Shown here: positions 1 through 10,624 of the stretch, piece after piece | Numbering within the stretch: position 1 is the stretch's first letter | Layout: each line of letters opens with the position of its first letter | Source of the DNA: Bacteroidota bacterium | Lineage (GTDB): Bacteria; Bacteroidota; Bacteroidia; Chitinophagales; Saprospiraceae | DNA length: 64,000 nucleotides | Direction: 5' to 3' | NCBI GenBank assembly: GCA_024642665.1 | Contig: JAHEAR010000021.1 | Coordinates: 453-64,452 of the forward strand | Made by a program: the position numbers and the translations under genes | The notes under the pieces: model-generated | Told to the model about the DNA's origin: nothing | The model's input: the letters and a program-made list of their open reading frames with translations, nothing else | Database searches by the model: none

Positions 1-127
1 GCGATAGATGGCTTTAACTTATTCATAATTAGGTTAATATGTCTTAATTGGTGGGACAATGATTTTTTTAAAAATAATAGCCGGTACAGATCAAAAACAC
101 GTTAAAGTATAGGTATCATTCCTGAGC

Positions 128-1480
128 TTATTTCTTATGCCGATCCCTAAGCCGCCAATTCATTGGATAATGGTTTTTCCAGGCGTGACCGGTCCATTTT
201 GCCCACCCAAGATGAGACCCATCATAGGTTACGACATACCATCCCTTTACGTCAACCGGTGGCAAAGTGTTAGCATCTCTTTCCAGGTAATCCAGCGCAG
301 TAGATAAATCCAGATCGATGGTCTCATAAGAAGCAGATTGCAAGGACGCCATTGCAAGAGTATGGGCGGGCACAAAATCACGGCCTTTTAATTCTCCTGC
401 AAAATTGATCGATTTTGCTTTTGGTAAGTGCATCAAAAGTTCGTTTGCCTTATCAATGGCTTGCAAATTAATTATTTCATGTTGTGTACTGTTTTTATGG
501 ACTGCTAATGCTTCCGGATTTGCTACGTGCGATTTTAGCCATGCAGGAATCGGTTCAAAAATTTGAAATGGCTTTTTATTTTTTTTATGAGAAGATTGTT
601 TTTCAGCATTGTTTTTCATCACAGCGATGAATAGGCCTTCCCCTTGAAGTTTATGCGGATACAATTGATAGCCAATAGCTGTTCCTTTTTCAATCACGGA
701 TATACCCCATACTTCAGGAAAGTCCAGGGAAATTGATGTCAAATGAAAATGATCCGCAAAATAGTTTAGGTTTTGAATGTTTTCCTCAGGACTATAGGAG
801 CATGTGCTGTACACTAAAAATCCATTAGGATTTAATGCGCTTGCTGCATTTTGTACAATTTGTTTTTGAAGGAGGCTACAGGATTCCACTAATGCCTGGT
901 TCCACTGATTGATAGCCTCCGATTCTTTTCTCATCATGCCCTCACCTGCGCAAGGGGCATCCACAAGAATGATATCTGCAAATGGTACCTGAAATGAATC
1001 TATCGATTCACCGCTAATGAATGTATTATGAAACCCTGCTTTCGATAGATTTTCCCAAAGAACTGTTCTGCGTGGGCTGACTACTTCATTGGCCACCAGG
1101 ACATCAGCAGGTTGCAAGTGCTTCGCCATTAAACCGGTTTTTCCTCCGGGAGCTGCACACATATCTACCCAAATTTTCCCTTCATGGCTCAAAGAAAGTT
1201 GCTTCAATACATGGTCTAAAATCATTGAAGATGCTTCCTGCACATAATAGGCGCCTGCATGCCAGTGCGGATCGAGATAAAAAGCGGGACGCTCTTCGAG
1301 GTAAAAGCCAAGATCACACCAGGGCACCTGCCCGGAAGTCCTAAAGGAAGATTTACCTTTTTTATGATGAAGTCGAATGCTGGTTGGCGGTGGTTTTTTT
1401 AATGCATTATAAAACGACTCTGCTTCTTCGCCAAGTTGAGCGAGCATGCGTTTCATAAAGGCTTCCGGAAGCGGCTTCAT
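128..1480 (-). CDS. rsmF: RsmF/RsmB-NOP family rRNA m5C methyltransferase
   Basis: Motifs YYVQEASSM, DMCAAPGGKT, DAPCAGEG and YSTCS; RsmF-like C-terminus (LGWAK...KNHYP). Confidence 0.85.
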   Translation of the reverse strand: MKPLPEAFMKRMLAQLGEEAESFYNALKKPPPTSIRLHHKKGKSSFRTSGQVPWCDLGFYLEERPAFYLDPHWHAGAYYVQEASSMILDHVLKQLSLSHEGKIWVDMCAAPGGKTGLMAKHLQPADVLVANEVVSPRRTVLWENLSKAGFHNTFISGESIDSFQVPFADIILVDAPCAGEGMMRKESEAINQWNQALVESCSLLQKQIVQNAASALNPNGFLVYSTCSYSPEENIQNLNYFADHFHLTSISLDFPEVWGISVIEKGTAIGYQLYPHKLQGEGLFIAVMKNNAEKQSSHKKNKKPFQIFEPIPAWLKSHVANPEALAVHKNSTQHEIINLQAIDKANELLMHLPKAKSINFAGELKGRDFVPAHTLAMASLQSASYETIDLDLSTALDYLERDANTLPPVDVKGWYVVTYDGSHLGWAKWTGHAWKNHYPMNWRLRDRHKK

Positions 1481-3315
1481 AACCCCTTTACTTTGCCATG
1501 TAACATGCCTCCTTTGGCAAAGAGCTGATCGACTTTTTTACTGACCACCGGATCCTTTGTCAGCACAGGTGCATGATGAGGCTTAATGCGCGCATCAATG
1601 ATTAAGGGTGCTTCACATGTCCAATGCTTATGCTCAAATGTGGCATGTACGCCATAAATATCTCTGGCAGGTTGTGATCTGGTAAAGGTGGCCCAAATAA
1701 AGTTATTTAAATGCGCACTCATCCACTGACTGTCTTCCGTAAGGATCCATAAAGGCCAGGCATCATTTTTTCCGGAAGAAAGGTGACGAATCAATTCATC
1801 CAATTCAATTTTTGTATTTTCTGCATTGATATATGCATCGAATGATACAGCCACCACGCCTGGCATGATTAAATTGATGTGTTTGCAGGAAGCAGGCAGT
1901 GCAATGTCTTGAGGTAATTCTTTTGCAAGTTGTCTGACTTCAGGACCGCGTGCAGCAATCACAAGTTTTGATCCGGTATTCCAGCCATCACCACTGTAAT
2001 CCAACGTATCAATGGTCGTGCGTGTTTGAAAGTGTAAGTCACGTTTGAAGTCGATGCGGCTAAGCATGTGTTGAAAAAAAGAGGCTATATCATGTGTTGA
2101 CAGCGAAGGGTTGTCATCATCACTGGCGATAAATAAATACTTTGTTAAAGAGGTTTGTCCCTTACCCAAAAGATGATTAGCAATCGTCAGTATTTCTTCC
2201 GGAACACGTTGGCGAAACGGCATATAACGTTCCATCCCAATGGCCAGAAGTAAGGGATGTACGCCTGCAGCATCGACGGCATGGACTTCCTTCAATCCGG
2301 GAAATTCTTTCGGAGCGAGTGGTGTAACTAATTGATGAATCAGCCATCCAAAATAACTGTCTTCCTGTGGTGGTCGACCAACGACAGTAAATTGCCAGAT
2401 CGGATTTTTTCGATGGTATACATTTTTTATTTCCAACACCGGAAAGTCATGCATTAAGCTATAATATCCGAGGTGGTCACCAAAAGGACCTTCGGGTTTC
2501 ATTTCTTTCTTTTTTATCACACCGGTGATACAGAAATCTGCGTCCGCCGAGATCACAAATCCGTCATGCCAAAAATAACGATATCGACGGCCTGATAATA
2601 AACCGGCAAAGGTCACTTCACTTAACCCTTCAGGTAGAGGCATGATCGCTGCAAAGGCATGAGCAGGTGGTCCACCAACAAAAATGGAAACTTTGAATTC
2701 CTCTTCCGTTTCATTATATAACGTGTGATGGATGCCAATACCTCTATGCAATTGATAATGCATCCCGGCCTCACGATTTGGCAGATAGGTATTGCCGCTG
2801 ATTTGAATTCGGTACATCCCAATATTCGAATGCATGATATGGCTGTCATTGGGTGGCAAACTCATTACCTGAGGCAATGTGATGAAAGCACCGCCATCCG
2901 CTGGCCAACTAATCACTTGAGGAAGCTGGTCAAGTGTCGTTGTGTTTTGAAGAATTGATTTATTCCATCTGCTTTTTAACGGTAAACCAGTTAAAGCGGT
3001 GAAAGGAGTCTTCACATATTGACCAGGATGTCTGAAGAGGTCAGAAGGATCAGCTTTTAATTGTATGAGCCGCTGGACCTGCTCAAGTTGATTTCTAAAA
3101 AGATAGGTGGTTCGTTCTTTCGTACCATAAACATTCGAGACGGCTTGAAATGGGCTGCCTTTTACTTTTTCAAAAAGTAAAGCCGGACCTGAAACTTCAA
3201 AAACCCTTCTATGAATTTCTGCCATTTCAAGATTAGGATCCACCTCGCCTGTCACCCGAAGGAGTTGGCTTTCCGGCAGATCATTTAAGGCTTGTTGTAA
3301 GGAACTATAGGACAA
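1477..3315 (-). CDS. ubiD: UbiD-family prFMN-dependent decarboxylase (long ~600-aa type, probably menaquinone/futalosine pathway, MqnL-like)
   Basis: EGPFGDHLGYY, VVGRPPQED and DTLDYSG motifs; TTG start; overlaps the next gene by 4 nt. Confidence 0.85.
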   Translation of the reverse strand: MSYSSLQQALNDLPESQLLRVTGEVDPNLEMAEIHRRVFEVSGPALLFEKVKGSPFQAVSNVYGTKERTTYLFRNQLEQVQRLIQLKADPSDLFRHPGQYVKTPFTALTGLPLKSRWNKSILQNTTTLDQLPQVISWPADGGAFITLPQVMSLPPNDSHIMHSNIGMYRIQISGNTYLPNREAGMHYQLHRGIGIHHTLYNETEEEFKVSIFVGGPPAHAFAAIMPLPEGLSEVTFAGLLSGRRYRYFWHDGFVISADADFCITGVIKKKEMKPEGPFGDHLGYYSLMHDFPVLEIKNVYHRKNPIWQFTVVGRPPQEDSYFGWLIHQLVTPLAPKEFPGLKEVHAVDAAGVHPLLLAIGMERYMPFRQRVPEEILTIANHLLGKGQTSLTKYLFIASDDDNPSLSTHDIASFFQHMLSRIDFKRDLHFQTRTTIDTLDYSGDGWNTGSKLVIAARGPEVRQLAKELPQDIALPASCKHINLIMPGVVAVSFDAYINAENTKIELDELIRHLSSGKNDAWPLWILTEDSQWMSAHLNNFIWATFTRSQPARDIYGVHATFEHKHWTCEAPLIIDARIKPHHAPVLTKDPVVSKKVDQLFAKGGMLHGKVKGL

Positions 3316-3602
3316 GGTAATGGCAGCAATTTAAGTCTGATGATAAGATCGTACGAAAAATCATGATCTCTGGTTAAGAAACACAAACCTAAACGAAAGG
3401 AAAGAATTTAGCATCATTTTCATTTAACAGTATTGCTATTCAGAAAACAAACCGATCATATTAATATTTTTAATATTATATTTGGCTATCATCGAACATG
3501 AGTTATGCGCATGATTTTTCGCTTGTTTTCCATTAATGAAAGAGGGAAATGTTGACTCGATAAGCAGGAACAGTATTTAGTAAACCTTAAATAGTAATTG
3601 AT

Positions 3603-3854
3603 ATGGGACTTTTATGGACTCTTTTAGTAGGGGCAATTGCCGGATGGCTTGGAAGTAAAATTTTTACAGGGAGTGGACTCGGCTTGATCGGCAACATCAT
3701 CATCGGTATCTTAGGAAGCTATGTTGGTTCCTGGGCATTGGGCTTGCTCAACTTCAGTTTTGGAGGAGGTACGATCGGTGCCATTCTGACCGGTGCAGTA
3801 GGAGCTATTGTCATTCTTGCATTGGCCAATTTGATTTTCGGAGGAAAAAAGTAA
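3603..3854 (+). CDS. GlsB/YeaQ/YmgE (transglycosylase-associated) small membrane protein
   Basis: 83 aa, Gly-rich hydrophobic helices, GAIAGWLG...GNIIIGILGS...GAIV pattern. Confidence 0.9.
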   Translation: MGLLWTLLVGAIAGWLGSKIFTGSGLGLIGNIIIGILGSYVGSWALGLLNFSFGGGTIGAILTGAVGAIVILALANLIFGGKK

Positions 3855-3904
3855 TCTATGACCAAAAGTTTCGGATATAATCGTAATCCGTTTCTGAAAT
3901 ATAA

Positions 3905-4921
3905 TTGCGACTGCATTCTATGACGTATTACCGGGTTGTTTGGTTGGTCTGCAGTAAGTATGTTTGCCGGTTTGTGATTAGCTGGCTGATCGTTGGGTTT
4001 CCGATAATGTCCTTTGCACAATCCGATACGCTTTCGGTGCAGCAGTTTATCAATGGGGTGGCATTGTACAGATCGCATTTTAACAACGATATCAAAGATG
4101 CATTTCAGGATCTTGCGTATTTATCTGACAGCCTGAAACAGTTTTCTCTGAACCCGGAGGCGCATGACTTATTCATTAAACGATTTTTGGATCATTTTTC
4201 AAAAGGGGAAGCCTACTATATTCAGGATGCCATTGATGCTGCTATTCCGGAATCGATACGAGAGGAGAAAGATGCCCAAATGCTCTACCGGCAATGGGGT
4301 AGTAAACATCAGCTGGAAATCGTACAAATGCATTTTCTGGTTTCAAACAAGATTATCAGGCAGGCAGATCCTTTCCCTTTGACAAGCAATACGGACATTT
4401 GGGATGAAATCCATTTTTACGGACTTCGAGAGGGTCAGACGATGGTGGAGGTCGGAGCGGGTATAGGTGAAATATCATTTCTGCTTATTTACTCAGGTAT
4501 TGGACTTCAATTTTATATGACGGAGTTAAATACGTATTGTTTAACCAAACTTTCGGAACAATTAAACAAATCAATGATAGATTTATCAGATCGTTCTATT
4601 CAGATAGTGATGGCAAAAGAAAAATCACTGGGGTTGCCTGAGCATCTGCAGGCGGATTGTATCCTCATGAGAGATGTATATCATCATCTGGACTATCCCT
4701 ATCAAGTGCTTGGTAGTGTCCGGGAGCATTTGTCTGCCGATGGTACATTAATTCTGGTTGAATCAGTGAAGGATCTGAAAGCAAACAAGAAGGAAGGATG
4801 TCGACAAGCTTTGTCGCTTAAAAAAGTGAAATATGAGGTGACCAAAAACGGTTATGCATTAACAGGGCAGAAACGTGTAGCCGATCGGTATGTACTAAAA
4901 TTTCAAAAGACAAAAAACTGA
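3905..4921 (+). CDS. Class I SAM-dependent methyltransferase with N-terminal extension (start uncertain; GTG at 3974 possible)
   Basis: VEVGAGIG motif I, DCILMRDVYHH and LSADGTLILVE motifs in the C-terminal half. Confidence 0.75.
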   Translation: MRLHSMTYYRVVWLVCSKYVCRFVISWLIVGFPIMSFAQSDTLSVQQFINGVALYRSHFNNDIKDAFQDLAYLSDSLKQFSLNPEAHDLFIKRFLDHFSKGEAYYIQDAIDAAIPESIREEKDAQMLYRQWGSKHQLEIVQMHFLVSNKIIRQADPFPLTSNTDIWDEIHFYGLREGQTMVEVGAGIGEISFLLIYSGIGLQFYMTELNTYCLTKLSEQLNKSMIDLSDRSIQIVMAKEKSLGLPEHLQADCILMRDVYHHLDYPYQVLGSVREHLSADGTLILVESVKDLKANKKEGCRQALSLKKVKYEVTKNGYALTGQKRVADRYVLKFQKTKN

Positions 4922-4990
4922 AAAGATCCTTTTATCAAATATGAATTATTTTCATATATATTTTTACCTTAGCCGTGAAATATCATACTA

Positions 4991-5785
4991 TTGAATAATT
5001 ATCAGGATCTCCTCCGCCACATCCTTGATCAGGGTATACAAAAGAGTGATCGTACCGGTACAGGGACGATCAGTACGTTTGGCTATCAGATGCGTTTCGA
5101 TCTGAGTGAAGGATTCCCGCTGATGACCACCAAAAAAGTCCACCTTAAATCCATCATTCATGAGCTCCTCTGGTTTTTACAGGGTGATACCAATATTGCC
5201 TACCTAAAGGAGCATGGCGTTCGCATTTGGAATGAATGGGCTGATACAGAGGGCAACCTTGGCCCGGTCTACGGCCATCAGTGGCGTAGCTGGTCAGGAG
5301 CGGATGGTCAGACCATTGACCAGATTTCCCAGGCGGTGGAGATGTTAAAGTCTAATCCTGACAGCAGAAGAATCATTGTGTCAGCATGGAATGTGGGAGA
5401 GATTGACCAAATGGCGCTTGCTCCATGCCATTGTTTATTCCAGTTTTATGTAGCCGATGGCAAATTAAGTTGTCAGTTATATCAACGCTCAGCAGATGTA
5501 TTTCTCGGAGTTCCATTCAATATAGCTTCTTATGCACTGCTGACCATGATGATGGCTCAGGTCTGTGATTTGATGCCCGGGGACTTTGTACATACATTTG
5601 GTGATGTCCATATATACAATGATCATATGGATCAGGTGCAGGAACAACTCTCCAGAAAGCCCAGATCATTGCCCGAAATGAAGATTAACCCAAATATTAA
5701 AGATATTTTTTCATTTAGATTTGAAGATTTTAGTCTGGTAGATTACCATCCGTACCCGCCCATATCAGCGCGCGTATCGGTGTAA
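4991..5785 (+). CDS. thyA: Thymidylate synthase
   Basis: [32 protein letters not shown] and [18 protein letters not shown]; 264 aa. Confidence 0.98.
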   Translation: MNNYQDLLRHILDQGIQKSDRTGTGTISTFGYQMRFDLSEGFPLMTTKKVHLKSIIHELLWFLQGDTNIAYLKEHGVRIWNEWADTEGNLGPVYGHQWRSWSGADGQTIDQISQAVEMLKSNPDSRRIIVSAWNVGEIDQMALAPCHCLFQFYVADGKLSCQLYQRSADVFLGVPFNIASYALLTMMMAQVCDLMPGDFVHTFGDVHIYNDHMDQVQEQLSRKPRSLPEMKINPNIKDIFSFRFEDFSLVDYHPYPPISARVSV

Positions 5786-5863
5786 ATTTTCCTTCTGGCT
5801 GTTTAGAATTTTTCTAAATAACAAAATTCATGTATTGCAGTCAGCATAAGTCTTCTATCTAAT

Positions 5864-5871
5864 TATTTTTG
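5864..5871 (+). promoter_or_regulatory. Bacteroidota housekeeping promoter -7 box (TAnnTTTG) for the act-cox operon
   Basis: TATTTTTG followed by CA, about 40 nt upstream of the actA ATG. Confidence 0.6.
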
Positions 5872-5912
5872 CAACAGAATCAGCTATTATATAAGAGTCT
5901 ACTTCCACTGTT

Positions 5913-7322
5913 ATGCATCATAACTCATTGAAATACTGTATCCTTCTAGCTCTTAGCTACATTTTTTTTGTAGGCAGCACCCTGGCGGCACCAACCGCCG
6001 ACGCAGGAAAAACCCTTTTTCAAAATCAATGTGCTTCCTGCCATAATAAAAATATGAAGGATGATCTCACCGGCCCTGCGCTGGGAGGTGCACAAGAAAG
6101 ATGGTCCGAATACCCGCAGGAAGATCTGTACAACTGGATCCGAAATTCACAAGCCATGATCGCAGCAGGTCACCCTCGGGCAGTGGAGATGTGGAATAAG
6201 TATAAGCCTACCGTCATGACGTCCTTTCCGGGTTTTACGGATGAGGATATTGCTTCTGTCTTGCTTTTTATTGATGAACAGTACAATAAGGTTCCGGCGG
6301 GACCTGTAGTGGCAGCCGGAGGAGGTGCAACAGCCCCCCAGGACCAACCGGGCAAGTACATCTATTTTTTCCTGTTTGCTATTTTAGCTGTAGTCGTTAG
6401 TGTGCTTTCCCGAGTCATCTATAATCTGCGCGCTATGGTGGCTGCAGAAGACGGAGTGGATATCCCAAAACAAAAATCCCTGCTTCAAATGCTTACAAGC
6501 AAAGGCGTAGTAGGGTTTCTGATATTTGCATTAGTTGTTTTTGGTGGGTACACCACAGTGAATAACGGCGTTTCATTCGGACGTCAGCAAGGGTATGCGC
6601 CTGAGCAACCCGTCAAATTTTCCCATGCCACCCATGCCGGGGTTCAGGGTATTGACTGTCAGTATTGTCATGATGGAGCCCGCAGGAGTAAGCATGCTTC
6701 AATTCCTGCAGCGAATACCTGTATGAATTGCCACAAGGCGATAGAAAAAGGATCCACGTATGGAACACAAGAGCTGACAAAGATTTTCGCTTCCATAGGC
6801 TATGACCCGTCAACAGATAAATATGTTGAAAATTATGATCAGCTTTCAAATGAAGAAATCAAAGCTATTTATACCAAATGGATAGGGGATTCCTATATGA
6901 AGGATAATGAGCTTACCTCGCTGGATCGCAAAGGAGAGCGAACGGTTTCAGAACAATGGGAAGGCATTGAATCCGCCCTCACCAATGACTTAAAAGAAAA
7001 CATTGCAGGGCCTATCGAATGGACCAGAATCCATATGTTACCTGATCATGTATATTTCAATCACTCACAGCATGTGAATATTGGTAAACTGGCATGTCAG
7101 CAGTGTCATGGAAAAGTAGAAGAAATGGATTTGATGTACCAGTACGCACCATTATCCATGGGATGGTGCATTAATTGCCACAGAGAAACAGAAGTAAAGT
7201 TTACAGGTAACGATTATTATAATACCTACAAGCAATATCACGATGCTATTGCTAAAGGGGAACGAACCAAAGTGACAGTTGAAGACATCGGCGGACTAGA
7301 ATGCCAGAAATGTCACTATTGA
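5913..7322 (+). CDS. actA: Alternative complex III subunit ActA (N-terminal monoheme domain plus pentaheme domain)
   Basis: Six CxxCH motifs (CASCH, CQYCH, CMNCH, CQQCH, CINCH, CQKCH); two TM segments between the domains; first gene of the act cluster. Confidence 0.92.
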   Translation: MHHNSLKYCILLALSYIFFVGSTLAAPTADAGKTLFQNQCASCHNKNMKDDLTGPALGGAQERWSEYPQEDLYNWIRNSQAMIAAGHPRAVEMWNKYKPTVMTSFPGFTDEDIASVLLFIDEQYNKVPAGPVVAAGGGATAPQDQPGKYIYFFLFAILAVVVSVLSRVIYNLRAMVAAEDGVDIPKQKSLLQMLTSKGVVGFLIFALVVFGGYTTVNNGVSFGRQQGYAPEQPVKFSHATHAGVQGIDCQYCHDGARRSKHASIPAANTCMNCHKAIEKGSTYGTQELTKIFASIGYDPSTDKYVENYDQLSNEEIKAIYTKWIGDSYMKDNELTSLDRKGERTVSEQWEGIESALTNDLKENIAGPIEWTRIHMLPDHVYFNHSQHVNIGKLACQQCHGKVEEMDLMYQYAPLSMGWCINCHRETEVKFTGNDYYNTYKQYHDAIAKGERTKVTVEDIGGLECQKCHY

Positions 7323-7374
7323 TTTTAATATATTGAATAATCGGAATCATCACCATTAGAACTTAATATAGATC

Positions 7375-10300
7375 ATGAAAGATCAAACATCATACAAGGA
7401 TATTTGGATTGGGTCAGAAGACTTAGGGCGTGAAGAGAAGTTTATCGAATTGGCAACGCAGGAAATGCCTGATGCTTCTATTGCTTCTACACTGGCGCAG
7501 GGAGGTTCATTTGCCTCCGCGAGTACAGGTCGTCGTGATTTTCTTAAATATCTTGGATTTAGCATTGGTGCTGCGACGATAGCCGCTAGTTGTGAAATAC
7601 CGGTTAAAAAGGCCATCCCTTTCGTAACGAAACCGGATGATTTAGTCCCTGGTATCGCCAATTATTACGCTAGTACTATTGCCCAGGGTGGAGATTATTG
7701 CAGTGTTCTGGTAAAAACCAGAGAAGGTCGTCCGATTAAGATTGAAGGCAATAGCTTATCCGGTATCACCGGAGGTGGCACCTCAGCCCGTGCGCAGGCA
7801 GCTGTCCTTAGCTTGTATGACACGCACCGTTTGAAAAGTCCACAAATAAAGAATTCCGAAGGGCAATTCGAAGCAGCCAGCTGGCAGCAAATAGATGACC
7901 TCGTATCCAGTACGATTTCACCAACCAGTAAGATTGCCATTGTTTCTCATACCATGCTCAGTCCAACAGAAAAGCAGGTAGTAAAAGATTTTCAAACAAA
8001 GTATTCAAACACTACAGTCGCCGTTTATGATGCTTCATCATCAGCCGCGATCCTACGTGCAAATCAATTGATGTACGGTGTTTCAATGATACCCGGATAT
8101 CATTTTGATAAGGCAAAAGTGATTGTCAGTGTGCAGGCAGATTTTCTGGGGACATGGATTTCTCCAATTCAATTTGCCCGCCAATATGCTGCCGGACGAA
8201 AGATAGAAGATCCAAAAGATGCCAAAATGTCCAGGCATATTCAGATAGAAAGTTACATGTCATTGTCCGGTACGAACGCCGACAACAGAATTCGAATTAA
8301 ACCGAGTGAGATTGGGGCCGTTTTGGCCAGAATCTACAATAAAATAGCCTCTGCGAAAGGAGGTTCAACTGTTTCAGCACCGGAGTTAAGTCAGTCTATT
8401 GCTGCATCCGTTGACAAAACAGCAAATGAATTACTCAGCGCATCCGGACAGAGTCTGCTTGTTTCAGGATCTAATAATGTTGCCGAACAAGCAATGGTTT
8501 GTGCCATTAACCACCTGCTGGGTAATGAAGGCAAAACAGTAGATATTGAACAATACTCATTGCAACGTCAGGGGGATGAAAAGAGTGTTTCCAATTTAAT
8601 GACTTCAATGAATAGTGGTCAGGTAGATGCACTCATTATCCTGGGTGCCAATCCTGTTTTTGAACTTCCCTACGGAGCTGCATTTGCAGAGGCCATGGGA
8701 AAAGTGGGCTTAACGATTAGTACAGCAGGTGCCATGAACGAAACGGCAGCTGCATGCCGTGCAATTGCACCTTCACACCATATGCTTGAATCATGGGGAG
8801 ATGCAGAGCCTGTCAGAGGTCATATTAGTATGATTCAGCCAACGATTGCTCCATTATTTGATACACGTCAGCGGGAAACAAGTCTTTTGAAATGGATAGG
8901 AGATGACAACACGCTGTTGATCACCGATCAGCCCTACCTTGAATATTTGAAGAAAAACTGGGCGTCTCATGTAAGTACCCAAGCGGCCTGGAATGAGCTC
9001 CTTCATGATGGTGTTTTCACCTATACCCCTGAATCTTCCGGAGCAAGTTATACTGACAACCTTGCCTCTGTAGCTTCAAAAATATCAAAGCCGGGTGGTG
9101 GTACAGAAATCACCTTCATGGAAACGGTTGCCATAGGAACTGGTTTGGATGCCAACAATCCCTGGTTGCAGGAAATGACTGATCCGGTGACCCGATGCGC
9201 CTGGGGTAATTACCTTGCCCTGCCGGTTCATTTTGACGGAACGCGCAAGTTTATTGCTCATGAAAATCTCTCCGATGGAGATTTGGCGGAGGTGACTATT
9301 GGTGATCAAACCTTAAAAGTGCCTGTGGTGAAGCAATTTGGGCAAACGCCTGATTCGTTCGCACTTGCCTTAGGATATGGCCGTACAGTTACCGGACGAG
9401 CAGGAATAAATGTTGGTGTCAATGTGCACCCATGGTTGGCGACAGATGTGGATGGCTTGACACAGTATTATGCTAGTGGTGTGACGGTTTCCGGAAAGAA
9501 AGGAAAAGAAGAATACTTCTCCTGCGTACAATACCATCATACGATGGGAGTTACCGCAGAAGATGCTAAAACAAAACAAACCATTAATGCGGATGAAGCT
9601 GCTACGGTCTTCATGACTTACGGACTTGTTGATCAGGGATTCCAGGGCTCTCTCGTGAATAGAACGATCATTCGCAAGAGTCATTTGGATCATGTGGAAG
9701 CATTCTCGCATGATCTTGCGGAAGAACGTCATCATCATCAGGAACTGAATAAACAACAAGTGTATCCTGGCCACGACGATGTGTATGCTCGAGGACATCA
9801 ATGGGGTATGCATGTTGATCTGAATGCCTGCATCGGTTGTGGAGCTTGTACAGTTGCTTGTATGGCAGAAAACAATGTTCCGGTTGTCGGAAAGCGCGAA
9901 GTGAGTCGCCACCATGAAATGGCCTGGTTAAGAATTGACCGCTATTTCTATGGGGATGTTGACAATCCAAGCGCAGTGTATCAACCTATGATGTGCCAGC
10001 ACTGTAACAATGCACCTTGTGAAAATGTATGCCCGGTAAATGCGACTAACCATAGTGCAGAAGGGCTCAACCAAATGGCATATAATCGTTGTGTCGGAAC
10101 CAGATATTGTGCGAACAATTGTCCTTACAAAGTGCGTCGATTCAATTGGTTGGATTACAACGCAGCTGATCTTTGGCCAATCAATGAAGCGGATCTGGGA
10201 TTGGAATCCGATAGTGATGATATTCCATATGGTGCAGACAACCTGACGCGTATGGTTTTGAATCCGGATGTGACTGTTCGATCCAGAGGGGTTATTGAAA

Positions 10301-10572
10301 AATGTAGTTTCTGCGTTCAGCGTATACAGGAAGGTAAATTGCGAGCAAAAACAGAAGAGCGCTTATTGCGTGATGCTGATGTGAAGACAGCTTGCCAGAC
10401 GGCTTGTCCAACAGGGGCCATCACATTTGGAGATAGCAATAATGCAGAAGGGGAGTTAAGTAAAAAACTTGCTTCACCTTTGAACTACCTCGTACTGGAA
10501 GAAGTAAATACAAGGTCAGCAGTAAATTATAAGGCCAGAGTAATAAATAAAGCAGAAGGCGTTGATGCCTGA
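7375..10572 (+). CDS. actB: Alternative complex III subunit ActB (molybdopterin-oxidoreductase-like plus Fe-S domain)
   Basis: Internal TAT motif GRRDFLK followed by Cys; REGRPIKIEGN; Fe-S motifs CIGCGAC, CQHCNNAPC, CVGTRYCANNC and CSFC. Confidence 0.95.
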   Translation: MKDQTSYKDIWIGSEDLGREEKFIELATQEMPDASIASTLAQGGSFASASTGRRDFLKYLGFSIGAATIAASCEIPVKKAIPFVTKPDDLVPGIANYYASTIAQGGDYCSVLVKTREGRPIKIEGNSLSGITGGGTSARAQAAVLSLYDTHRLKSPQIKNSEGQFEAASWQQIDDLVSSTISPTSKIAIVSHTMLSPTEKQVVKDFQTKYSNTTVAVYDASSSAAILRANQLMYGVSMIPGYHFDKAKVIVSVQADFLGTWISPIQFARQYAAGRKIEDPKDAKMSRHIQIESYMSLSGTNADNRIRIKPSEIGAVLARIYNKIASAKGGSTVSAPELSQSIAASVDKTANELLSASGQSLLVSGSNNVAEQAMVCAINHLLGNEGKTVDIEQYSLQRQGDEKSVSNLMTSMNSGQVDALIILGANPVFELPYGAAFAEAMGKVGLTISTAGAMNETAAACRAIAPSHHMLESWGDAEPVRGHISMIQPTIAPLFDTRQRETSLLKWIGDDNTLLITDQPYLEYLKKNWASHVSTQAAWNELLHDGVFTYTPESSGASYTDNLASVASKISKPGGGTEITFMETVAIGTGLDANNPWLQEMTDPVTRCAWGNYLALPVHFDGTRKFIAHENLSDGDLAEVTIGDQTLKVPVVKQFGQTPDSFALALGYGRTVTGRAGINVGVNVHPWLATDVDGLTQYYASGVTVSGKKGKEEYFSCVQYHHTMGVTAEDAKTKQTINADEAATVFMTYGLVDQGFQGSLVNRTIIRKSHLDHVEAFSHDLAEERHHHQELNKQQVYPGHDDVYARGHQWGMHVDLNACIGCGACTVACMAENNVPVVGKREVSRHHEMAWLRIDRYFYGDVDNPSAVYQPMMCQHCNNAPCENVCPVNATNHSAEGLNQMAYNRCVGTRYCANNCPYKVRRFNWLDYNAADLWPINEADLGLESDSDDIPYGADNLTRMVLNPDVTVRSRGVIEKCSFCVQRIQEGKLRAKTEERLLRDADVKTACQTACPTGAITFGDSNNAEGELSKKLASPLNYLVLEEVNTRSAVNYKARVINKAEGVDA

Positions 10573-10624
10573 TAGCCATAAAACGAATATAGACGACAAA
10601 CCTATTATCCTTAGACAATAAAAT

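Noticed and set aside
7375..10572. ActB as an active molybdoenzyme
   Set aside because: Context and motifs match ACIII ActB, which is established to lack the molybdopterin cofactor
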